DNA from: Methanocaldococcus sp. 28A
GTDB lineage: Archaea; AGJL01; Methanococci; Methanococcales; Methanocaldococcaceae
Assembly: GCA_049852185.1 (NCBI GenBank)
Contig: CP187540.1
Length of the DNA: 24,000 nt
Direction: 5' to 3' (one strand)
Position numbers and translations under genes: made by a program. Below are positions 8,557 through 20,892 of this stretch, in pieces; position 1 is the first letter of the stretch, and each line of letters starts with the position of its first letter. The notes below the pieces were generated by a model. The model worked only from the letters and a program-made list of their open reading frames with translations. It did not search any database and was not told the DNA's origin.

Positions 8557-8586
8557 AAGATAGGATTTTCACATTTACAATTTTTA
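8557..8586 (+). repeat. Third copy of the repeat arm (AAGATAGGATTTTC exact 14-mer shared with 3708-3721)
   Basis: AAGATAGGATTTTCACATTTACAATTTTTA lies 21 nt after the ilvN stop. Its first 14 nt are identical to 3708-3721. Similarity then decays, with substitutions and one indel. I found no partner arm downstream. Confidence 0.6.
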
Positions 8587-8680
8587 TTTTATAAGGGTAT
8601 TTATGATGCTAGAATGTTCAAAGTTCATTAATTATTATTAATGTTGAATAAGATAAAACATTATTTTTTGGGTGAAGGAA

Positions 8681-10090
8681 ATGGACGATGTTAAAATGAA
8701 GTGTGGATTGGAGATACATGTTCAAATTGATACAAAATCAAAATTGTTCTGTAATTGTTCAACAAACTACTTAGATGCTGAACCCAATACAAATGTTTGT
8801 CCAGTTTGTTTGGGATTACCAGGAGCAAAGCCATTAGCTCCAAACAAAAAAGCAGTAGATGTAGCTATAATGGTAGCAAAGATGCTTGGATGTAAAATAG
8901 TCGTTGATAAAGATATATACTTCCAAAGAAAACATTATGATTACCCTGATTTACCGAGCGGTTATCAGAGAACTTCAACACCTATCGGTGTAGATGGAGA
9001 ATTTATGGGTATTGGGATTGCTGAAGTTCACTTAGAAGAGGACCCTGGGCAATACAACCCAAGTTTTGGAATTGTTGATTATAACAGAAGCGGAACCCCA
9101 CTAATTGAGATTGTTACAAAACCAGATATAAAAAGCCCAGAAGAGGCGAGAGAATTTTTAAAGCAATTAATGACTTTATTTAGATACCTTGGTTGTTTGA
9201 GAGGAGAAGGAACAATGAGGGCTGATGTAAATATTTCTATTGAATACATGGGCGTTCAAGGAAATAGAGTTGAGGTTAAAAACGTCAACTCAATTAAAGG
9301 TGTTTATAAAGTTCTAAAGTATGAAGTAATTAGACAGAAAAACATTATTAAAAGAGGGGGAGAAATTAAAAGAGAGACAAGGGCTTTCTTAGAGAGTCAG
9401 ATGATAACCAAAGCAATGAGAAGTAAAGAGACTGCTGAAGATTATAGATACATTCCAGACCCTGACATTCAGCCAATCGTTATTTCTGAGGAGTGGGTTA
9501 GAGAGATTGAAGAAATGATGCCAGAAACTCCATTAGCTAAGAAAAAGAGGTTTATTGAAGAATATGATATAGATGAGGAAGATGCTAAGGTATTAGTTTC
9601 TGACTTAGATATGGCTGAGATGTTTGAGGAAGTTGTTAAATCTTTGGGAGTTAGTAAGGAGAATGTTGATTTAGCCGTAACTTGGATTAGAAATGAGTTA
9701 AAAAGAAGTTTGCAGTATCACAAAGTAGATTTGTATGAAAGTGGAGTTAAGGCAGAGCATATAGTTGAATTAATAAAATTAATTAAGGAGGGTGTTATAT
9801 CTCAAAAAATAGCTAAAGAGATTGTTGATTTGTTGGTTATAAATAGAGGAAGCAAGATGCCAAAACAGATAGTTGAAGAGCTTGGATTGACGGTAATTAA
9901 AGATGAAGACGCTTTAGTTAAAGCGGTTGAGGAAGCTATTAAAAATAATCCAAAAGCTGTTGAAGATTATTTAAGCGGTAAAAAAGAGGCTTTAAATTTC
10001 TTAATGGGGCAGGTAATGAGATTAACAAGAGGAAGGGCAGAACCTAAGAGAGTTATTGAGTTATTAAAAGAAAGATTGGATAAATTTTAA
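8681..10090 (+). CDS. gatB: Aspartyl/glutamyl-tRNA(Asn/Gln) amidotransferase subunit B
   Basis: The N-terminus KCGLEIHVQIDTKSKLFCNC...CPVCLGLPGAKP and the C-terminal YqeY-like tail ALNFLMGQVMRLTRGRAEPKRV are GatB hallmarks. At about 470 aa it is GatB-sized rather than GatE-sized. ATG at 8681 follows GGTGA at 8671-8675. The track start at 8672 is GTG. Confidence 0.9.
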   Translation: MDDVKMKCGLEIHVQIDTKSKLFCNCSTNYLDAEPNTNVCPVCLGLPGAKPLAPNKKAVDVAIMVAKMLGCKIVVDKDIYFQRKHYDYPDLPSGYQRTSTPIGVDGEFMGIGIAEVHLEEDPGQYNPSFGIVDYNRSGTPLIEIVTKPDIKSPEEAREFLKQLMTLFRYLGCLRGEGTMRADVNISIEYMGVQGNRVEVKNVNSIKGVYKVLKYEVIRQKNIIKRGGEIKRETRAFLESQMITKAMRSKETAEDYRYIPDPDIQPIVISEEWVREIEEMMPETPLAKKKRFIEEYDIDEEDAKVLVSDLDMAEMFEEVVKSLGVSKENVDLAVTWIRNELKRSLQYHKVDLYESGVKAEHIVELIKLIKEGVISQKIAKEIVDLLVINRGSKMPKQIVEELGLTVIKDEDALVKAVEEAIKNNPKAVEDYLSGKKEALNFLMGQVMRLTRGRAEPKRVIELLKERLDKF

Positions 10091-10135
10091 TATTTTATTA
10101 AATTAAATTTTTATTTTTAGTTATTGGTGAGAAAA

Positions 10136-11755
10136 ATGGCAGACCTTGATAGAAAATTAATTGAGATTTTAGATATTTTATCCAAATCAAAAGAACCAGT
10201 AGGGGCTAAGATTATAGCTAAAGAACTTAATAAGAGAGGTTATAAAATTGGAGAGAGGGCAGTTAGATACCATTTAAAGTTATTGGATGGTATGAAATTA
10301 ACAAAAAAAGTTGGTTATGCTGGAAGGGTTATAACTGAGAGAGGTTTGGAAGAGTTAGAAAAGGCAAATATATCCTATAGATTAGGAAGTATCTATTCAA
10401 ATATACTTGAGAAGACGATATCTTCCAATTACAGGTTTGGATATGTGGTTATAAATAGATGTCAGGTTTATGTGGATTTTAACGATGCACTAAAAATAAT
10501 AAAGAGCGTCTATGAGTCAGGTTTGGCCGTTGGAGATAGAGTAGGAGTTATGGATAGAGAAAAATTTGTAGAAATAAATACACTCTGCTCACTAAACTTT
10601 GATAATATACTCTTGCAAAATGGAATTTTTCCTCTCCATATCTGTGCTGGAGTTGTAAAATATGAAGATGGAATGCCTGTAGAATTTAAAGAAATCATAA
10701 AATATAAATCCACATCAATAGACCCATTAAAAGCATTTATTGAAAAGAAAGAAACGGATGTTATTGGAATTATAGAGAATGGAGAAGGTTATTTACCAGC
10801 AAACTTTAGATGCTTTGGTGTTGAATTTTTGGAAAGGTTCAAAAGTATATTAGAGAAGGATGAATTAAAATGTATCATTAGTTATGGGACAGAGAATGTT
10901 TTAGGTTTAGATGTTGGGGATGATAAAGTAGGTGTAGCTTTAATTGGAGGTTTAACACCAATAGCTCCATTTGTTGAAAACAACTATTGTGTAGAGATAT
11001 TTCCAATGTCTTCAATTGTTAGATTAGAGTCTCTACACAAAGTTAAAAAGAATTCACGAGATATTATAACAAAAAAAGCAAATATAAGAATAAAAACTGC
11101 TCTATCAAAAATGTTCAATGCAATGGCAAAGGTAACCTATGATATAGATGAAGGAGACGGAGATGTTGTTGTAAATATTGCATATATTGATAAAAAATAT
11201 CTTGATGAGGCATTAGAGTTATTAAAAGAAGCTTACAAAAAGGGATTAGGAATATCTGAAAGATTTGGAATAGTAGAAGAGAATAATAAAATAAAAATTC
11301 AAACAGTCTGTGCAGTAACCTTGGATGGAATATTTTTAAGAAACTCAGTTCCAACAATTCCAAGATATGGTGGAGTTTTGGAAATAACTGAAGATAAAGA
11401 GAGATTTATAGATATAATTGGTTATGACGGTTCATCATTAGATCCACATGAAGTTTTCTTCAACTTTGTTGATTGTGAAAAGACATTCTTAGCAGGCTTT
11501 AGAGAAGTGCATAGAGTTGCAAGAGAGAAATTAGAGGACGTTTTAAAGAGATTAAATTGGAATGGTATTAAAACTATAGGAGAGCCAAACAATGAGCTTT
11601 ATGGTATTAATGTAAATAAAGACATGTGTGGAGTTGTAACAATAGGTGGAATAAATCCATTAGTGTTATTAAAAGAAAATGAAATTCCAATTGAATTAAG
11701 AGCTATGCATGAAATCGTTAAATATTCTCAACTCATAAGTTATAAGGATATATAA
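10136..11755 (+). CDS. nrpR: NrpR-type nitrogen repressor (N-terminal winged HTH plus two DUF128/NRD domains)
   Basis: Length is about 540 aa. The N-terminus ILDILSKSKEPVGAKIIAKELNKRGYKIGERAVRYHLKLLD is a wHTH. It is followed by two large repeated regions, as in the methanogen NrpR architecture. ATG at 10136 follows GGTGA at 10126-10130. The track start at 10124 is TTG. Confidence 0.7.
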   Translation: MADLDRKLIEILDILSKSKEPVGAKIIAKELNKRGYKIGERAVRYHLKLLDGMKLTKKVGYAGRVITERGLEELEKANISYRLGSIYSNILEKTISSNYRFGYVVINRCQVYVDFNDALKIIKSVYESGLAVGDRVGVMDREKFVEINTLCSLNFDNILLQNGIFPLHICAGVVKYEDGMPVEFKEIIKYKSTSIDPLKAFIEKKETDVIGIIENGEGYLPANFRCFGVEFLERFKSILEKDELKCIISYGTENVLGLDVGDDKVGVALIGGLTPIAPFVENNYCVEIFPMSSIVRLESLHKVKKNSRDIITKKANIRIKTALSKMFNAMAKVTYDIDEGDGDVVVNIAYIDKKYLDEALELLKEAYKKGLGISERFGIVEENNKIKIQTVCAVTLDGIFLRNSVPTIPRYGGVLEITEDKERFIDIIGYDGSSLDPHEVFFNFVDCEKTFLAGFREVHRVAREKLEDVLKRLNWNGIKTIGEPNNELYGINVNKDMCGVVTIGGINPLVLLKENEIPIELRAMHEIVKYSQLISYKDI

Positions 11756-11787
11756 TGAGATTTTAGTATTCTTAACTTAATATTTTG

Positions 11788-12279
11788 TTATTTTACATTT
11801 ACACTTACAGATATATTTATGGATTTTTGATTATTATTTTTTTGATAATTATTTTTTTGATAAGCATCAGCTACAGACCTAATCTTAGATTGAACATATT
11901 TAGGGTTGCTGACTCCTTCGAACACAATTTCATAAGGGGTACTCCCAGCTGTGTTAATTCTTAAATCTCCATAATTAAGTAATCTTCCTAAGATCCCCTG
12001 AGAAATGGAAGTATTGGTTATCTTATCTAGTGTAGATTCTACAGTTTTTCTTGATAAAATTCCATATCTGCAATAAACTCTCTTGTTAGTAATTGCATAT
12101 TCCGTATAATATCTTTTTAATAAAGCTATACCAATAAATATAAGTGCCAAACCATATATTAGTATTGTAAGTGCTCCCAATATTAACCAACCTATTAAAC
12201 TTTTCCAACATATTCTACTATACCATAATACATTCTCTCCTGGAAGTAGTTCAAGTCCAGAAGGAACTTTATACGACAT
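11788..12279 (-). CDS. Membrane protein with bacterial PH-like (bPH_2 / YdbS-YdbT type) domain
   Basis: LLPGENVLW is followed by two hydrophobic helices (SLIGWLILGALTILIYGLALIFIGIALL). Next come YAITNKRVYCRYGILSRKTVESTLDKITNTSISQGILGRLLNYGDLRINTAG, the bPH_2 pattern. The C-terminal tail is a low-complexity YQKNNYQKNNNQKS tract. AGGTGA RBS lies at 12286-12291 on the minus strand. Confidence 0.75.
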   Translation of the reverse strand: MSYKVPSGLELLPGENVLWYSRICWKSLIGWLILGALTILIYGLALIFIGIALLKRYYTEYAITNKRVYCRYGILSRKTVESTLDKITNTSISQGILGRLLNYGDLRINTAGSTPYEIVFEGVSNPKYVQSKIRSVADAYQKNNYQKNNNQKSINISVSVNVK

Positions 12280-12380
12280 TAATTCTCACCTTTTAAATTT
12301 TAAATAACATTTTAAATAACATTATATTGCCATACAGTTATATTATCCTAAGGTTTTTTAATACTTCCATAGTTAATTTT

Positions 12381-13505
12381 TTAACACTTAAAGCAGGATT
12401 TTATTGAATCTACGATGGCATTTATAATATAATCATCATTAATCCTTTCAGCATCTTTTGATGTTAAATCAATCCTTAAGCTTTTACTTGCCCCTGGCAT
12501 ACCAGCTACAGTTATGGTTATAATCTTATATTTTTCTAACAAATTAAATCCAATCTCAACAAGTTTTTTGATATTTGTCTCTGCATTTTTATGGACTTTT
12601 TTTATTACAAATCCTGTTGGGGTTTTTTCATATATTATCTCTATATTTTTATCGACTTCTTTAAGCTCTTTATTTAATTGTTCAATCTTAGACAAATCAA
12701 AATTTTTAGCCCTTTCAAATGCTCTTTTAATTTTATCTAAGTTAAAGTTCTTTAAAGCTCTATATATACCAGCTAATAATGGAGGTTGAGCTTCTAAACC
12801 AAACTTAGTTCCTTCAATATATATTTTATTAACAAGTTCTTTCTTTCCGGCTAATAAACCTCCTCTCGGACCATCTATAAGTTTATCTGTGCTTGTAACT
12901 ACTAAATCAGCTCCTAACTTTAATGCAGGGGGTTGATTAAATAGCAATCTAACTCTTGCTCCAGAAGCATCATCAACAAAGACAATAGCTCCTTTATTTT
13001 TAGCTGTGTTAATAACTTTTTTAAAGTTTTCAAGTTCAACAACTTTTAAATCCATTGTTGAGCCAGTGATAATAACTAAAGTATCTTTATCTATTTTATT
13101 TAAGATTTCATTTATATTGTCTGACTCGAAATACTCAGCATTGATGATTTTACAACTTCTTTCTATTGATGGGTGCCCTGGTAGTTCTGGTAGATAGTGT
13201 ATAACTTTTTTTGGTTTTAATGCTAATATAGTAGCTAAAATTGCAGATGAGGTTCTATTAAAAGCAACACATTTGTCATATTCGTTTCCTCCTAAATGTT
13301 TTAAACCATATTCATTAACTTTTTCTGTAAAATAAGATGCTCCAATATATGTATTTAATAAATCTTTATCTTTGTCTTCTATCAAAAATCCTCCAGATAA
13401 CCCACTTAGGTCGTATAATGCATTTCTACCATTTTTGTTCAATATTTCTAAAATAATTTTTCTTGCTTTTTCTAATCTCAAAAACTCTTCGTGGTCAGAA
13501 AGCAT
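12381..13505 (-). CDS. SelA-like PLP-dependent enzyme of unknown function (UPF0425 / MJ0158-type)
   Basis: The protein is 374 aa with a fold-type-I aminotransferase-like layout. The candidate PLP lysine is in [15 protein letters not shown], and DDASGA lies upstream. It resembles the archaeal protein once annotated as selenocysteine synthase. GGTGGTG RBS is present. Confidence 0.7.
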   Translation of the reverse strand: MLSDHEEFLRLEKARKIILEILNKNGRNALYDLSGLSGGFLIEDKDKDLLNTYIGASYFTEKVNEYGLKHLGGNEYDKCVAFNRTSSAILATILALKPKKVIHYLPELPGHPSIERSCKIINAEYFESDNINEILNKIDKDTLVIITGSTMDLKVVELENFKKVINTAKNKGAIVFVDDASGARVRLLFNQPPALKLGADLVVTSTDKLIDGPRGGLLAGKKELVNKIYIEGTKFGLEAQPPLLAGIYRALKNFNLDKIKRAFERAKNFDLSKIEQLNKELKEVDKNIEIIYEKTPTGFVIKKVHKNAETNIKKLVEIGFNLLEKYKIITITVAGMPGASKSLRIDLTSKDAERINDDYIINAIVDSIKSCFKC

Positions 13506-13565
13506 TACACCACCAATATTAAGTTTATAATACGGAAAAAATTTTATAAAAAATATAATAATGAA

Positions 13566-13847
13566 TTATCCAGCTCCACAAGCATCTCCAAAGTCCATAT
13601 CTGTTAATTTTCCTTCGTCTAATTCTTCTTTTTCTAATTTTCTAACAACTTCATCAATATCTTCTTTTCTTTCTGCCATCTCTGATTTGTTGATAACTCT
13701 TAGTAAGTGAGGTCTATACATTAAATTATTATCTAATAAAACCCAAATATTCCCATTTTCATCCTTTCTTATATCAACTACTCTTCCTTTTGTTCCAGTA
13801 TTTATATAAATTACATAATCTCCAACTTTAATGTTAATTTCATCCAC
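13566..13847 (-). CDS. Small conserved hypothetical protein (93 aa; beta-rich N-terminal half, acidic helical C-terminal half)
   Basis: The start is GTG at 13847, with no nearby in-frame ATG. GTGAGA lies 5 nt upstream. The N-terminus IKVGDYVIYINTGTKGRVVDIRKDENGNIWVLLDN looks SH3/KOW-like. The C-terminal region is acidic (EEL-D-EGKLTDMDF) and the protein ends in ...GDACGAG. Confidence 0.6.
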   Translation of the reverse strand: MDEINIKVGDYVIYINTGTKGRVVDIRKDENGNIWVLLDNNLMYRPHLLRVINKSEMAERKEDIDEVVRKLEKEELDEGKLTDMDFGDACGAG

Positions 13848-13950
13848 TATCTCACGCTCTACACGCTCTAAATATTTTACAATATACTTTATACTTTTTC
13901 CTGAGAGTATTAATAGTTTATTAATCTTATTATTCTAATCCTAAAAACAT

Positions 13951-13980
13951 TACATATAACAACTTCTCACTATAGGATGC
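13951..13980 (+). promoter_or_regulatory. rRNA operon promoter: TATA-like box A (TACATATA) plus ATGC initiator box B
   Basis: TACATATA lies at 13951-13958 and ATGC at 13977-13980, about 24 nt downstream. This matches the box A/box B spacing described for Methanococcus stable-RNA promoters. GC content rises abruptly from here. Confidence 0.5.
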
Positions 13981-14019
13981 ACTCGAAGGATGCGTCCCCA
14001 ATCCGAAGGGGTTGGGGCT

Positions 14020-14062
14020 GAGGCAAGCCCACGACTGGTGGTGAAACCCCGCAGCAACCAGC
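14020..14062 (+). other. 5' strand of the 16S pre-rRNA processing stem (bulge-helix-bulge region)
   Basis: GAGGCAAGCCCACGACTGG...CCCCGCAGCAACCAGC pairs with 15599-15640 as a 19-bp helix and a 16-bp helix. The helices are separated by unpaired TGGTGAAA opposite CACCAAA. This is the expected substrate geometry for the archaeal splicing endonuclease. Confidence 0.8.
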
Positions 14063-14105
14063 CGCAAGAAAGGTTTATCCTTTCTTGCGACCGTGCTCCT
14101 ACTTA

Positions 14106-15587
<1,482 letters not shown>

Positions 15588-15598
15588 GAGAAAAAAGT

Positions 15599-15640
15599 GC
15601 TGGTTGCTGCGGGGCACCAAACCAGTCGTGGGCTTGCCTC
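15599..15640 (+). other. 3' strand of the 16S processing stem
   Basis: GCTGGTTGCTGCGGGG...CCAGTCGTGGGCTTGCCTC is complementary to 14020-14062. Confidence 0.8.
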
Positions 15641-15651
15641 ATAGGGAAAGT

Positions 15652-15724
15652 GGGCCCGTAGCTCAGCTGGGAGAGCGCCGGCCTTGCAAGCCGGAGGCCG
15701 TGGGTTCAAATCCCACCGGGTCCA
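15652..15724 (+). tRNA. tRNA-Ala (anticodon UGC) in the 16S-23S spacer; no encoded CCA
   Basis: A cloverleaf can be drawn by hand. The acceptor GGGCCCG/CGGGTCC includes the G3:U70 alanine identity pair. The D arm is GCTC/GAGC, and the anticodon stem CCGGC/GCCGG carries loop CTTGCAA. The T arm is GTGGG/CCCAC with loop TTCAAAT, and the discriminator is A. Confidence 0.95.
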
Positions 15725-15782
15725 CTATATATGCAGCCTGCGACTCTAAAGAGTTGCAGGTGAAGGGCCTGAAAAACATGAG

Positions 15783-15834
15783 GGCCATGCATAGGCTTCC
15801 ACATCCCGGTGAAATCTGGATACTCTGCCGGGCC
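15783..15834 (+). other. 5' strand of the 23S pre-rRNA processing stem (bulge-helix-bulge region)
   Basis: GGCCATGCATAGGCTTCCACATCC...TCTGGATACTCTGCCGGGCC pairs with 18816-18868. The first helix is 24 bp. An internal unpaired CGGTGAAA lies opposite CACTAAGC. The second helix is about 20 bp with one mismatch. Confidence 0.8.
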
Positions 15835-18815
<2,981 letters not shown>

Positions 18816-18868
18816 GGGCCCGGCAGGGTATCCAGACACTAAGCGGATGTGGAAGCCTATGCATGGCC
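18816..18868 (+). other. 3' strand of the 23S processing stem
   Basis: GGGCCCGGCAGGGTATCCAGA...GGATGTGGAAGCCTATGCATGGCC is complementary to 15783-15834. Confidence 0.8.
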
Positions 18869-18992
18869 TAAAAAATCTCGGGAATATTTAATCGAAGTTT
18901 ATGGAGTTTATATTTTATTTTACTCCATTACATTTATTAATTTAAATATATAAATAAAATAAAAGTTAAAAATAAAAAATTAGTGTAAGAGA

Positions 18993-20396
18993 TTAATTTT
19001 TCTTTTTCTTCTTATATGGTTCTTCTTTTGTAATAATAATTTTTTCAGCTTTAATTACAGCATTGTATAAGACTATTTTTATTCCTGGTGGTAATCCAGC
19101 AAATGTTCCTGGTAGAGTCATTGTTGGTACATCAATTCCTTCAACTTCCTCCATTTCTTCTACTTCTTCCTCTTCAGTAGCTTCTTCCTCAATTCCAACA
19201 CCTATTCTTTCAGCACATGGATGCCCCTTCTCTTTCAAGAATTTAATTAACTCATCGGTAGTCTTAACATCTTCTTCAGTAGCTATTTTATCATACAACT
19301 CTTTAGGTATTGCTTCTTTAACTCTTTCTTTCAACTCTTTTGGAAGCCAAACTACTCTCTCCCAACCTCCATCCCCTTGTAAAAACTTAGGCGATTTCAT
19401 ATAAGCGATAGATATTCCAACAAATCCTGGAACTTGTTTCCCTCCACTACACTGCCCCGCTAATGTCGAAAATGGAATACCCATTGGGGTTTCTCCTTTA
19501 AATCCTCTATGTGCTATCCCAAATCCATCAACTTCAGGGATGTAGAAAGCAACTGCTTCGAAACAACCACATGAAGTGCAAGGTTTTTCTAATCCACTAT
19601 GCAAAGTTACTTCTTCAACAGCACCTTGGGATTTTTCTCTAACAACTTCATTTACTCCAGAATAAATACCCAATTTTTCATCTAAGCATTCTCCTTTATG
19701 TATTTCAAATATAGGTCCATTAGGGTCTATCTTAGCAGCTGCTCTCGCATCTAAATAATTAATCCCTCCACACAATGCCGGTCTATCAGGAGTTATAACA
19801 CATACGTGTGTTGGGGCGAAGCTTTGACACATTATACATCCATAAAAAACATCAACATCTTCTTCATGTAATGCCTTTGTTTTCTCATCCCTATTGTTAT
19901 ATATTTCTCTCGCTTTTTCTAATTCTTCTTTAACTTTATCAGGGTCTGTTATTATAATTACATCACATTTTTCTATGAATGGAAACTCTGCCTTAAACAA
20001 TCTTTGAACAACTTTCCCAACATGCTCTAATCTTAAACCTTTACCAAATGAATCCTTGTTTATTCTAATCCAGATCTGGTCTCTTTGGTTAAGATGCATA
20101 ACACCTTCAATGTAATTAAAGAACTCGTGAATTCTTCTCTCTAAAACTCCTTCTAAGTCCTCTTCTAAATTGCTTCCACTTACCTTAACTATTATAGCGA
20201 ATGGGTTTCTACTCCCTTCCTCCATCTCATCGATATCTTTTCCAATAATTTCAACCTTATCTTCTGCTTTATCAACTACTTTAACCAACTCAAAACCATA
20301 ACTCTTAGGCCCTGCTAATTCTACATACATATCAGGTCCTCTAACTCTTTCCCCTTCGTTCATCGGCCCTACGGAAACTGGTATATCATCAAACAT
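18993..20396 (-). CDS. cdhC: Acetyl-CoA decarbonylase/synthase complex beta subunit (A-cluster acetyl-CoA synthase)
   Basis: CIMCQSFAPTHVCVITPDRPALCGGINYLD and the Cys-Gly-Cys motif in CTSCGCFE are the A-cluster ligands. AGGTGA RBS lies upstream. The C-terminal extension includes an acidic tract, EEEATEEEEVEEMEEVEG. Confidence 0.9.
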   Translation of the reverse strand: MFDDIPVSVGPMNEGERVRGPDMYVELAGPKSYGFELVKVVDKAEDKVEIIGKDIDEMEEGSRNPFAIIVKVSGSNLEEDLEGVLERRIHEFFNYIEGVMHLNQRDQIWIRINKDSFGKGLRLEHVGKVVQRLFKAEFPFIEKCDVIIITDPDKVKEELEKAREIYNNRDEKTKALHEEDVDVFYGCIMCQSFAPTHVCVITPDRPALCGGINYLDARAAAKIDPNGPIFEIHKGECLDEKLGIYSGVNEVVREKSQGAVEEVTLHSGLEKPCTSCGCFEAVAFYIPEVDGFGIAHRGFKGETPMGIPFSTLAGQCSGGKQVPGFVGISIAYMKSPKFLQGDGGWERVVWLPKELKERVKEAIPKELYDKIATEEDVKTTDELIKFLKEKGHPCAERIGVGIEEEATEEEEVEEMEEVEGIDVPTMTLPGTFAGLPPGIKIVLYNAVIKAEKIIITKEEPYKKKKKN

Positions 20397-20435
20397 ATTT
20401 TCTCACCTTTTAGTGTTTTGCTTTTTTCTGATTTT

Positions 20436-20891
20436 TTATAGATTCTCTCTAACCTCATCTCTTAAAATCTTTAATATTTTCCTTCTCTTCTCTTCTTTCA
20501 TCATATCAAGGGTTTCTCCAGATACCAACAATAAAGCGTTATCTTTACAAGTTTCTATACATGCAGGTGTTATTCTATCAGTATCTAAGCAGAGAGTGCA
20601 TTTGTGAGCAACTTTATTTTTTATAAATATGGCTCCTATAGGGCACGCAATTGCACACATTCCACAGGCAATACATCTTTCTTTTTCTACAATAGGAATT
20701 CCATCTTTTAGGTAAATTGCATCAACAGGACAGATTTCTTTACAAGGGGCTTTTTCACATTGCATACAAAATATTGGAATACCATCAATCTTTCTTACTC
20801 TACTTTCTCCATGAATCTCTTTGCAGATGTTTATGCAATCATAACATTTGGTGCATTTTTCAGGATTTAAGACAATGATTTTTGGATTCAT
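20436..20891 (-). CDS. Polyferredoxin with four [4Fe-4S]-type cysteine groups (HycB/DmsB-like, 151 aa)
   Basis: There are sixteen Cys in four groups: CTKCYDCINIC, CMQCEKAPCKEICP, CIACGMCAIACP and CTLC...CIETC. GGAGGG RBS is present. The gene lies between cdhB and cdhC. Confidence 0.85.
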   Translation of the reverse strand: MNPKIIVLNPEKCTKCYDCINICKEIHGESRVRKIDGIPIFCMQCEKAPCKEICPVDAIYLKDGIPIVEKERCIACGMCAIACPIGAIFIKNKVAHKCTLCLDTDRITPACIETCKDNALLLVSGETLDMMKEEKRRKILKILRDEVRENL

Positions 20892-20892
20892 A

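Noticed and set aside
13975-13981. ATAGGAT at the rRNA transcription start as another copy of the repeat family
   Set aside because: Only 7 nt match (ATAGGAT, then GC instead of TT). This is better explained as the box B/initiator context of the rRNA promoter.
18869-18992. Search for a 5S rRNA gene after 23S, and the hairpin ATGGAGT-N14-ACTCCAT (18901-18928)
   Set aside because: The region is AT-rich and too short and unstructured for 5S. The 7-bp hairpin has a 14-nt loop and no following T-tract, so it is at best a weak terminator and is not reported as a feature.
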